Shown here: positions 1-7,987 of the stretch, in pieces
Layout: each line of letters opens with the position of its first letter
Numbering within the stretch: position 1 is the first letter of the stretch
Source: Actinomycetota bacterium
Lineage (GTDB): Bacteria; Actinomycetota; Thermoleophilia; Gaiellales; Gaiellaceae
Assembly (NCBI GenBank): GCA_013821525.1
Contig: JACDGR010000001.1
Location: 1-43,119 of the forward strand
Length of the DNA stretch: 43,119 nt
Direction of reading: 5' to 3'
Program-made: the position numbers and the translations under genes
Notes under the pieces: generated by a model
Told to the model about the DNA's origin: nothing
The model's input: only the letters and a program-made list of their open reading frames with translations
Database searches by the model: none

Positions 1-127
1 TTCCTCATGTCAGCGTCGCGTACTTGTAGGTGCCGTCCGGATAGCGCACGTAGAGGCGATGGTTCGTCAGGTCGACACCCGCGATCGTCGTCATGCCGAC
101 GGGGACTCCCGGCTCCTGCGTGCCGAT
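1..127. repeat. Terminal direct repeat, left copy (exact duplicate of 42993..43119)
   Basis: Bases 1..127 (ttcctcatgtcagcg...ctcctgcgtgccgat) recur base-for-base at 42993..43119. Read directly from the sequence. Confidence 0.97.
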
Positions 128-1303
128 GTCGGAGTCCGTGTACGCGCCGCTCGGCTTCGACGGGATCGGCTTGTACTGCGAGCGGATCGCGTAGTTGACG
201 GTGCCCGAGGACAGGTTCAGGATCGGCTTGATGTACGTCGGCGAGACGCTCGAGTAGCGGGGGTAGCTGATGAAGTCGAAGTTGTTGTTGAGGTTCGTGC
301 CGGTGAACTTCACCATGCCCGTTGCGAACGGGCGCGAGCCGGGTTGCGTGACCTCGATGCTGTCGAGCGTGACGTAGCGGTTGCCGTTACCGGAGAGCCC
401 GACGCCGTCGAAGTGGATCAGGCAGTCCGTCTCGGATGAGTTCTGGTTGTGCGTCCAGTTGCGGAGGTTGACGCTCTTGCACGCCTTGAACGTGAACATC
501 GAGAACGGCGTGCCCGCGTAGGCGGAGCCCTTCTGGTACGTCGAGAGGTCGAGATCCTGGAGGTAGACGCCGGTCACTCCCTCGAAGCGGAACCAATCGC
601 CGAGGGCGGTCTGGTTCTGGTCGGCCTTGCAGCCGAAGAAGTAGAGGTTCCCCATCGGCAACGCACCCGCCTGCCCGCTCGTCGCCCAGAACGCGCCATC
701 CTTGAAGCCCTCCCACGTGCAGTGGTAGAAGCGCAGGTCGTTCGTCGCGTCGGTGCTCGAGCCCATCGCCGGGAACGTCGCGCCGTCGGCGGACTGGACG
801 AGCATCGCGGGCTTGCTGATGTTCGAGCCGCCCGAGTTGTCCCAGCGACACTCTTCCCATGTCGAGTCCCAGACCTCGCACTGGATGTAGAGCGCGACGC
901 CACCCGCATTCGCGAACGTGACGTTCTCGAACTTCGCGGTGTGCACGTAGGCCATCTGCACCAGCGGCGACGTCCACGCCGCGTTATTGCCTTGGATCTG
1001 CATGTCGGACATCTGCGGTGACGCGATGTGCCCGCCGATGCCGCCCGGGCCGTTCACGCCACCGGCGGTACCGATCATGCTGAGCGCGGTGATGTCGGAC
1101 TGGCGAATCAGGATCGTCGTCTGCTTACCGGCACCCTGCAGCGTGACCTTCGACGGGATCTGGATCGTGCTCGTGACCAGGTACGTGCCGGTTGGGAGCA
1201 GCACGACGCCACCCGCGCCGCCGGTGTCGACGACGATCTTGTCGATCGCTGCCTGGATCGCGGTGCTCGTAAACGCGGTGACCGTCTCGACGCCGCCACT
1301 CAT
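5..1303 (-). CDS. Tailspike / polysaccharide depolymerase, right-handed beta-helix (pectate-lyase-3-like), paralog B
   Basis: 432-aa ORF. The N-terminus AIQAAIDKIVVDTGGAGGVVLLPTGTYLVTSTIQIPSKVTLQGAG is the typical entry motif of pectate-lyase-superfamily tailspikes, followed by Gly/Asn/Thr-rich beta-helix-like sequence. Paralogous to 1371..2639. The last 123 nt lie inside the terminal repeat. Confidence 0.8.
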   Translation of the reverse strand: MSGGVETVTAFTSTAIQAAIDKIVVDTGGAGGVVLLPTGTYLVTSTIQIPSKVTLQGAGKQTTILIRQSDITALSMIGTAGGVNGPGGIGGHIASPQMSDMQIQGNNAAWTSPLVQMAYVHTAKFENVTFANAGGVALYIQCEVWDSTWEECRWDNSGGSNISKPAMLVQSADGATFPAMGSSTDATNDLRFYHCTWEGFKDGAFWATSGQAGALPMGNLYFFGCKADQNQTALGDWFRFEGVTGVYLQDLDLSTYQKGSAYAGTPFSMFTFKACKSVNLRNWTHNQNSSETDCLIHFDGVGLSGNGNRYVTLDSIEVTQPGSRPFATGMVKFTGTNLNNNFDFISYPRYSSVSPTYIKPILNLSSGTVNYAIRSQYKPIPSKPSGAYTDSDIGTQEPGVPVGMTTIAGVDLTNHRLYVRYPDGTYKYATLT

Positions 1304-1370
1304 ACGGACGGCCCCTTCGTCGAGAAGCGGCGGACGGGGATCGGCGCGACGATGATCAGGAAGAAGTTCT

Positions 1371-2639
1371 TCACGAGACGGTGACCGACTTCCACGTCGA
1401 ACCGACGCGGACCCAGATCTTCGACGCGGTCGTGTCGACGACGATCGCGCCCGACGCGACGCCCTCGGGGAAGTCCGCGTCGACCGGCGTGCCCGCCTTT
1501 ACCATCGTGCAGAGGCCACCCTCGAAGTGCGTGAACATCGGCTGGTTCGACCAGCTCTTCGCAACGCTGTCCTGGACGAGTATCTCCATGAAGTCGCCGA
1601 GCACGCCAAGGAACGGACTGCCGGTCACGAACGGATCGCAGGTACCGGAGACGGCGTTGATACGGAGCGTGTTGCGCCCCGCGGTGTTCAGCACGTTGAC
1701 GCCCGACCCGCCCGCCGTGAAGTTGTTCATGAAGACACCGTTGACGGTGGCGTACGTGCAGTGGTACGTGGCGTCGCCGATCTGGATGCCGCACTCGCCA
1801 CTCACGTTGTTGCCATAGATCGTGCCGCCCGACCAGGCGCTCCCCGAGGTCAGCAGCAGGTTCGCCCTGAACGCACCCTCAGCGACGCAGTTCGAGTAGA
1901 ACGTCTGGTTCGCTGCGAACGGGTAGAAGCCGTAATGGACGCGACCCCAGACGTGGACGTTCGTAAACAACTCGCCCGCCGCGCCACCACCGCCGAGGTT
2001 GGAGCCCTTGAGGTAGACGCCGTACGCGGTCGTTCCACCGGAGGTGATCAAGGAGTCGAGCGTCTGGACGACCCCGTTGACGAAGATCGAGTCGTGCGGG
2101 CCAGACCAGTAGAGGCCGCAGCCGGATCGGAACTCGCGGATCTTGAAGTTCGACCAGTACGCCTCCATGTCGTTCCCGCCGACGCCCCACTCCGACCACG
2201 CGCCACCCGACGCGCCGTTCACGAACTCGACGTTGTTGACGCGGTAGCAGTAGCCGTAGACGCGGAACGTCCAACCGCTCGTGTTGCCGGCCTTGTTGCC
2301 GTCGAGGGTCAGGTCGCAGATCGTGAAGTGGCTGATGCCGTTCGTCGTGATCGTGCCGGTCAGGTCGGCAAAACCGACACTGGTCAGCAGATCAGCGTTC
2401 GTGCCCGACTTCAACTTGATCGTCGTCGTCGCGACGCCCGAGCCGCAAAGCGTGACCTTCGACCCGATCACGAGCGTCGAACAGAGGTACGTACCGGGTG
2501 GCAGCAGCACGATCCCGCCACTGATGGCGGCAGCGTCGAGCGCGGCCTGGATCGCGGCCGTGTCGTCCGTCACGCCGTCGCCGGTGCCCGTGTACCGAGC
2601 GACACCAGCGAGCGACGCGACCTCGATCGCTCCCGCCAT
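1371..2639 (-). CDS. Tailspike / polysaccharide depolymerase, right-handed beta-helix (pectate-lyase-3-like), paralog A
   Basis: Track ORF 1371..3059 trimmed to the internal ATG at 2639 (MAGAIEVASLAGVARYTGTGDGVTDDTAAIQAALDAAAISGGIVLLPPGTYL...). That ATG overlaps the TAA of the upstream gene (TAATG), and the 140 residues upstream are Arg-rich and look off-frame. 422 aa. Confidence 0.8.
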   Translation of the reverse strand: MAGAIEVASLAGVARYTGTGDGVTDDTAAIQAALDAAAISGGIVLLPPGTYLCSTLVIGSKVTLCGSGVATTTIKLKSGTNADLLTSVGFADLTGTITTNGISHFTICDLTLDGNKAGNTSGWTFRVYGYCYRVNNVEFVNGASGGAWSEWGVGGNDMEAYWSNFKIREFRSGCGLYWSGPHDSIFVNGVVQTLDSLITSGGTTAYGVYLKGSNLGGGGAAGELFTNVHVWGRVHYGFYPFAANQTFYSNCVAEGAFRANLLLTSGSAWSGGTIYGNNVSGECGIQIGDATYHCTYATVNGVFMNNFTAGGSGVNVLNTAGRNTLRINAVSGTCDPFVTGSPFLGVLGDFMEILVQDSVAKSWSNQPMFTHFEGGLCTMVKAGTPVDADFPEGVASGAIVVDTTASKIWVRVGSTWKSVTVS

Positions 2640-4390
2640 TAGACGAACATTCCCGGGAGGCAGGCGGTCGCCATCCTGATGTGACCCGTGTAAGACGGGT
2701 GTAGGCCGTCGATCGTGTACGGGCCGATAGTGGTGTCGGCCTTCCAGAGGCCCGAGTCGCGACTCGTCTCTACGGCGTCCGCCGCCTCGATCACGAGGTC
2801 GCAGAGGCCGCTGGCACCCGCACGGATCCACGCGTTTGCGGCTTTCCGTACCAGCCCCGCTCCGGCCGCGAGCGTCTCCGTCTGGTTGGCGACGGTCGTC
2901 CAGCCGTCCGAACTCGTCGTGCGTGGCGTGATCGTCGACATCGCGACCTTCAAGCCTCTCTGCTTCGCCCATCCGCAGATCGTGGCTGTGTCGGCCTGCC
3001 ACTGTGCGAGCGTGCGACCACCGTAGATGTCGTTTGTGCCGTACGCGTAGAGCAGCCACTTTCCGATACCGAACAGGCCCCGGCGCTGAACACCGTTCGT
3101 GTTCGCGGCGAACTGCTGAGCCGACTCACCACTCTTCGACATCGGCAGCACCGGGTGCGTCGGCTCGAGCGCGATCGTCGCGTACGACTCGAGCGTCCGA
3201 AAGTAGTTCCCCGTGCCAGACAGGATCGAATCTCCGAGCATGACGATAGACGACGGAGCGTTTGACGTGTAGTCAGCAGTAACGGCGGTCGGCACGGGGA
3301 TCACGACGGAACCACCAGAGTTCGTGTTCGCAAACGCGACTCCGCTCGCGTGGGCAATCGTGAGTGGTGCGGTGAGGTAGACCGTGTAGGGATTCGCGAC
3401 GCCCACGATCGTGCGAGCCGTTACCGTTTCAACGTTTCCAGCGGTGTCCAGCGTGAACGTCTGACCACGTAGGGGAGTCGCCGCGTTGACGACCTGCAGC
3501 GTGGTGTCACCGATGTTGGTGGCGGCAGCGAGCGTCGTAGATCCCGATACGGCTGCAACTCCGAACGTACCCGAGTAGATATCGAACGTCGAGAGGTTCG
3601 ACGATGCGGTCGCACCCTGGTCGCTCGAGATCTCGCGATTCGTCCAAACGCCCTGACCGACAACACTGCCAGCAGCGGTGTGGTTCGCGACGAGTACGGC
3701 GCGCAGCGTCGCCGTGTACGGGCTCGACGCTGTCGTCATCCTGATGATCTCTACAACCTCTGTGCCGGAACCGCCGATGCGCATTCGCAGCGGCGAGGGA
3801 CGGTCGACGGGGAGATCGGTTAGCGTGATCGACGAAGCGCCGAGCGTGACGTCGGCTGCTAGCGTGGTGTACCCGCTCGTTGGCACGAGGTTCGTCGAGT
3901 TGTTCGGCGCGAGGATCCGCGTGCGCGCGTAGTACGTCGCGCCTGCTGGTACGTCGGCAGCCACCGGGTCGCTGGTCAGCAGACCGTACCGGTCGAGTCG
4001 CCCGAACCGGTTGCCGCCGAACGTGACGGGATAGATCGTGCCCGACGGGTACTCCAGTGCCGCCTCTATAAGGACTTCGTTGTCGGGGAGAATGTCGGTG
4101 TTCGCGCCCGCCCCGTAGATGAACCGGACGCCGCTCATCGAACCGTACGCCGTGAGCGGCATCCGCCCGGCAAGGATGTTGTTGGGTGTCGCGATTCCCA
4201 GGGCGGAGCGTGCTGGCGCGGCGACTACTAGACGACCCTCGGTGACTCCGAGATCGCTCAGTACGGCCTGGCCGTTGACGAGAAGCTGGCCGCTGGTCGA
4301 CTGGAGAACCGTCTGGTTCGGCGTGTTTCCTAGGAAGATCGGCCCGCCAACGCCGACAGATCCAGAGAACTGTTCGTCCGCTTGTGCCAT
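2639..4390 (-). CDS. Tail fibre protein with C-terminal SGNH/GDSL esterase domain
   Basis: Start at the internal ATG 4390 (MAQADEQFSG...), which forms a TAATG overlap with the upstream stop. 583 aa. The C-terminal part carries SGNH blocks in order: MLGDSILSG (block I Ser), YGTNDIYGG (block III), IDGLHPSYTGH (block V, D-x-x-H). Confidence 0.8.
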   Translation of the reverse strand: MAQADEQFSGSVGVGGPIFLGNTPNQTVLQSTSGQLLVNGQAVLSDLGVTEGRLVVAAPARSALGIATPNNILAGRMPLTAYGSMSGVRFIYGAGANTDILPDNEVLIEAALEYPSGTIYPVTFGGNRFGRLDRYGLLTSDPVAADVPAGATYYARTRILAPNNSTNLVPTSGYTTLAADVTLGASSITLTDLPVDRPSPLRMRIGGSGTEVVEIIRMTTASSPYTATLRAVLVANHTAAGSVVGQGVWTNREISSDQGATASSNLSTFDIYSGTFGVAAVSGSTTLAAATNIGDTTLQVVNAATPLRGQTFTLDTAGNVETVTARTIVGVANPYTVYLTAPLTIAHASGVAFANTNSGGSVVIPVPTAVTADYTSNAPSSIVMLGDSILSGTGNYFRTLESYATIALEPTHPVLPMSKSGESAQQFAANTNGVQRRGLFGIGKWLLYAYGTNDIYGGRTLAQWQADTATICGWAKQRGLKVAMSTITPRTTSSDGWTTVANQTETLAAGAGLVRKAANAWIRAGASGLCDLVIEAADAVETSRDSGLWKADTTIGPYTIDGLHPSYTGHIRMATACLPGMFV

Positions 4391-5082
4391 TACCAGTTCC
4401 ACCTGACGTCGGTCGAGTTGTCGTTCGGGATCCACACTCCACGGCCTCGACGTACACGCTTCACGCTCCCACCAGCCCGGTTCTGACGAGCCATCGCCGC
4501 CATCGACCGGGTCTGCGACTCGGCTGCGAGGCCACTCGCGAGCGGCGACTTCGACAGGAGCGCAGCGCGGTACGCCGCCTGGTAGACGACTGCGGCGTGA
4601 TCTTCGGGGCGCAGCAGGGCGGGCGTGTCCGAGTCTGTCGCCATCAGCGCGGGGCGGTACTCGTACGCGATCTGCAACGTGTCGCCCAGCATCGGCGCCG
4701 GGTAGAGCAGCAGCTGCGAGAGACCGTTGAACGCGTACGCCCGCACCACACCCGAGATCGAGTTGCGACGCAACCAGTAGATCTGCTGTGGCGAGACTTC
4801 CTCGAGTGGTGTCGTCTGGTTCGCCGTCGTGCCGCCCCACGCGTAGATCAGCATCTGCACGCGCACGAAGTCCGTGAGGGAGAACGGGGTGGCGGTCAGG
4901 TCGTAATCACCCTGGCCGTCGACGAGAGTCGTGACGGTGCTCGTCTTGATCGGCGTGCCGGTGCGCTGCACGAGCTCGATGTACGCCTCGTTCAGGAACC
5001 GCTTGACACGGCCACGCTCCTCGAGGCTCGACTGGTCGGCGAGGTCGAGCGCTTCGTCCTGCAGTTCGAGGAACGTCGTCAC
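4390..5082 (-). CDS. Adaptor-like virion protein, paralog 1 (next to the fibre genes)
   Basis: GTG at 5082 overlaps the TGA of the upstream gene (GTGA). The longest-ORF start is 5145. Motifs are collinear with 39198..39995: GRVK..N.A, DY.L then TDF, P.P.....I.Y.R, D.D.P. The function is inferred from the paralog that sits next to the nozzle-like gene. Confidence 0.55.
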   Translation of the reverse strand: MTTFLELQDEALDLADQSSLEERGRVKRFLNEAYIELVQRTGTPIKTSTVTTLVDGQGDYDLTATPFSLTDFVRVQMLIYAWGGTTANQTTPLEEVSPQQIYWLRRNSISGVVRAYAFNGLSQLLLYPAPMLGDTLQIAYEYRPALMATDSDTPALLRPEDHAAVVYQAAYRAALLSKSPLASGLAAESQTRSMAAMARQNRAGGSVKRVRRGRGVWIPNDNSTDVRWNW

Positions 5083-5426
5083 AGGCCCGACACCAGCAGG
5101 TTGAACGCGGGGGTGGAAACTTCGATCTGGCAGAACGGACAGCAACCCTGCGAGATCAGCCGGCGCGCACCGTCAGCGATCGGCGAGGAGAATAGGTTCG
5201 GGCATTCCGCTTCCCAGACTTTGAGGTTCGCGATCGAACACCACGACGGGAACGGCGTCGCGCACGACGGGCACGCGAGACCCGCAGCCATCCTGGATGC
5301 GTAGTCGTGCTGCTCGGTGACGGTGCCGCCGATGTAGACGCCGAGGTCGCGCGATTCGACGCGGCCACGCTGGTAGCCGTACATCTCCTCGTAACTCATC
5401 GGCGGGTGCTCGCGCCAGTCACTCAT
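5079..5426 (-). CDS. Small Cys-rich (zinc-ribbon-like) protein
   Basis: ATG at 5426 overlaps the upstream TGA (ATGA). 115 aa (MSDWREHPPMSYEEMYGYQRG...) with paired cysteines CPSC and CCPFC. The Arg-rich residues upstream in the track ORF were rejected. Confidence 0.6.
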   Translation of the reverse strand: MSDWREHPPMSYEEMYGYQRGRVESRDLGVYIGGTVTEQHDYASRMAAGLACPSCATPFPSWCSIANLKVWEAECPNLFSSPIADGARRLISQGCCPFCQIEVSTPAFNLLVSGL

Positions 5427-7192
5427 GCTGCCACCGCCTGACGCACCGGCAACGGCCGGATCGGGTACGGATCCACACCGCACGTCGCGAGGTACACATT
5501 CCGCATCCGCACCGCGAGCCGCTCCGTCAACACGTAGCGGCGCGCGTTCGCGATCATCTCGTGCGTCGCCTGCGGATCCGCCAAAGCGAACTGCAAGTGG
5601 TCGCGAAACTGGAGTTGCGTCTTCGCGAGCAAACCAGTGTCGCCGCTTCGGATCGTCGCGTACGCCGGCTGCGCAGAAGCAATCGTCAACGCTCCCCCCA
5701 TCGTGTAGTCCAGCCACTTCAAATCACTCTTGCCGTCATTCATCCTGGAGGCGTGCAGCGGCGCGAGACCAACGTCGAGAATCGAGACCAGATCCCGGTA
5801 GTGCTGCAGCGAACGCGTATACGGGAAGTGCCGGTACGCGAAGTCGAAACCGGGATCCATGCCGATGCAGCACACCATCACGCCGGGCTGCTCGGACGCC
5901 CAACGCAACGCGGGCTCCACCAGGTACACGTCCGGCGTGTGCTGCGCAGCAGCCGCCCACCCAACCCGGATGATCCCATCGTCGATCCGCAGCGGTGCTT
6001 CCCAATCGGCCGGGTCGACCATGTTCGGGATCACGACGACGTTCGGGTTCACCTTCGCGTACTGGTACGCGAGTGGCGGCGTCGCACAGATGATCGAGTC
6101 CGCGTCCCGCACGACGCGTCGGTGCGCCGGCTGGTTCTCCACCCACGAATCAGCGATCGCGTGCGCGCCACACTTCCGCAACCACCCAACGAGCGACGGC
6201 GACAGGTAGTCGTCGTCGACGTCCACGATCACCCGCTTTCCCTGGTCGCGCAGCAGCGGCACGAGCAACCTCTCGGCTTTCACGCCGGGGTGCAGCATGA
6301 TCGTCGCGGGCGTCTTGTCGACGTTCCGCGAATCCAACACGTTGTGATGCACGGCACCCGGCAGGTACCGCGCCGGCAGGATCCCGCGCAGGTACGCCTG
6401 TGCTTCCGATGCGCTGACCTGGAACGTCGCGGCGAGCGGCACACGCCCCGCCGGATCCGCCTCGGTGTCGTCGGCGAACAGTTCGCTGTACACGCTCTCG
6501 CGGATCGCCCAACGGATCGGCCCATAGTTCCCACCATCCGCCTCGACAGCCGCCTCGATGCGGTTCGACAACGAATCGTGCCGCGCCCGGTACAGGTACA
6601 CCGCGCTCTTGACGGGGACGTAACGTGCACCCATCGCGAGCGCCTTGAAGTGCCACGCCCAATCCTCCAACAGCAGATCGGGCTGCGGTACCGCGCGCAG
6701 CGTCGACGTCTTCGCGAGGAAACACCCCGGCAGATGGTTGATGTCCTGCAAGTTCCAGAACGCGGGTGGTTCCGCTTCGAGAACGATCTCGTTCGCGAGG
6801 TCGTCCCCCGGCGCAATCACCTGATCGTCGAGACCAGCCGCGTCGAGCGCCGCCTTCACGCGAGGCCACTCGTCCGACTGGCGAGCCTCGCGTAGCCGGT
6901 TCTGGCTGTAGATGTCGTAGTCCGCCAGCGTCGGGTACGCAACGTCTGCGGTACCGATCGCCTCCGCGAGGTGACGCAGGCACGTCGGGGTCAACGCGTC
7001 GTCGGCACCCATGATGAAGACGTACTCCGTCTCGATCGCCTCGAACGCGTCGTTCAACTGCTGCGTCATCTCGGCCTTCGAGTCGTTCGGGCAGATGACG
7101 TACGGGATGCCCTCAGGGAGACTCGCGAGGGCGATCTCGAGCCAGTTCGCGTTCCGCTTATCCCACGGGATCACGACGGTCAGGTTCTTCAC
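5423..7192 (-). CDS. Two-domain glycosyltransferase (N-terminal GT-A/GT2-like, C-terminal GT-B/GT4-like)
   Basis: 589 aa. The N-terminus LTVVIPWDKRN...YVFIMGADDAL has GT2 topology with a DxD-type acidic motif. The C-terminal half (VIVDVDDDYL...ADSIICATPPLA...VVVIPNMVD...IRVGWAAAAQH...GLAPLH...KSDLKWLDYTMGGALTIAS) looks like a GT-B retaining-type transferase. GTG start overlaps the upstream TGA (GTGA). Confidence 0.75.
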   Translation of the reverse strand: MKNLTVVIPWDKRNANWLEIALASLPEGIPYVICPNDSKAEMTQQLNDAFEAIETEYVFIMGADDALTPTCLRHLAEAIGTADVAYPTLADYDIYSQNRLREARQSDEWPRVKAALDAAGLDDQVIAPGDDLANEIVLEAEPPAFWNLQDINHLPGCFLAKTSTLRAVPQPDLLLEDWAWHFKALAMGARYVPVKSAVYLYRARHDSLSNRIEAAVEADGGNYGPIRWAIRESVYSELFADDTEADPAGRVPLAATFQVSASEAQAYLRGILPARYLPGAVHHNVLDSRNVDKTPATIMLHPGVKAERLLVPLLRDQGKRVIVDVDDDYLSPSLVGWLRKCGAHAIADSWVENQPAHRRVVRDADSIICATPPLAYQYAKVNPNVVVIPNMVDPADWEAPLRIDDGIIRVGWAAAAQHTPDVYLVEPALRWASEQPGVMVCCIGMDPGFDFAYRHFPYTRSLQHYRDLVSILDVGLAPLHASRMNDGKSDLKWLDYTMGGALTIASAQPAYATIRSGDTGLLAKTQLQFRDHLQFALADPQATHEMIANARRYVLTERLAVRMRNVYLATCGVDPYPIRPLPVRQAVAA

Positions 7193-7893
7193 AGGATGCG
7201 TTCCAGCCCAGCCTGGTCGACGTCCGCCTCGAGCTTCGCCTCAGCCAACTCGAGCAGCGCCTTCAACACACCCTCACGGTTCTTCGTCGCCGCCTCGTAC
7301 GCGTACACGCCGACCGCGTCGAGACCAAGATCGCGCACCATCGCGGGGATCTTCAGCGAAGCGCCCTGACCGATCTTGTCGTACGACGGCCACGGCGACG
7401 GCAGCGACTCCGCGACGACTTCCATGTACTCGAGGCCGTTCAGCCCGTTCGTGTCGAGCACACGCTCGGCATACGCGCGACTCTCGACGTCCGCGAGCCA
7501 CGCGAGTTCGAAGATACCGAAGTGCACCGTCGGGTCGTACGCCGACGTCATCCCGATCAGGTTCTGCGTGCCACCCGGCCCCGGCTGGAACATGCCCTGC
7601 GGCGTCATCGACGGGAGCGCGCCCATGATCGAGTGCGACTCGTGCTTCGCGTCGTTCGCACGCCACGCTGCCTGCGGGAAGAAATGCCGCGTCGCGACCG
7701 CCCGATCGTACTCTGGCGTGAGGCTGTGCTGCATCAAGTTCTTGAACTCGACGACGATCGCGGGAGCCGTCTCAACCTCGCGGCTATACCCGTCGTCGCC
7801 ACGCAGCAACTCGCGACGCGCGTTACGGACGTTGAAGACGAAGTGATCGCTCTTCGACACGTACCGCTTCGACTGATTCGGGTGGATACTCAT
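7189..7893 (-). CDS. Hypothetical protein of the head module (234 aa)
   Basis: Internal ATG at 7893 (MSIHPNQSKRYVSKSDHFVF...) preceded by GAGAGG. Lies between the major capsid gene and the glycosyltransferase and is coupled to the latter. No motif recognised. Confidence 0.6.
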   Translation of the reverse strand: MSIHPNQSKRYVSKSDHFVFNVRNARRELLRGDDGYSREVETAPAIVVEFKNLMQHSLTPEYDRAVATRHFFPQAAWRANDAKHESHSIMGALPSMTPQGMFQPGPGGTQNLIGMTSAYDPTVHFGIFELAWLADVESRAYAERVLDTNGLNGLEYMEVVAESLPSPWPSYDKIGQGASLKIPAMVRDLGLDAVGVYAYEAATKNREGVLKALLELAEAKLEADVDQAGLERIL

Positions 7894-7987
7894 ATGGGGT
7901 TTGGCCTCTCGATCGTTGGTGAGATGTGCCGAGCCGACGCGCCCCAGGGTTGGGGTAGAGGAGGGACGCGCCGGCCCAGGTGCGGGT

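Noticed and set aside
1-127. The 127-bp repeat as a biological direct terminal repeat or cos region.
   Set aside because: It falls inside the 3' end of a tailspike coding sequence, and its length equals a standard assembler k-mer. The point remains open pending read-level terminus analysis; see the first finding.
2640-4840. Long N-terminal extensions of several longest ORFs (2639..4840, 1371..3059, 23861..25225, 18277..19149, 18897..20009, 7189..8010, 36075..36935, 41193..42992).
   Set aside because: The extensions are Arg-rich, overlap the preceding gene in another frame, and lack ribosome-binding sites. In every case an internal ATG or GTG forms a 1- or 4-nt overlap with the upstream stop, and recognisable protein sequence begins there.
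7894-7987. A terminator after the major capsid gene.
   Set aside because: I found only a 5-bp CCCCA/TGGGG stem and a direct (not inverted) GACGCGCC repeat. That is too weak to call.
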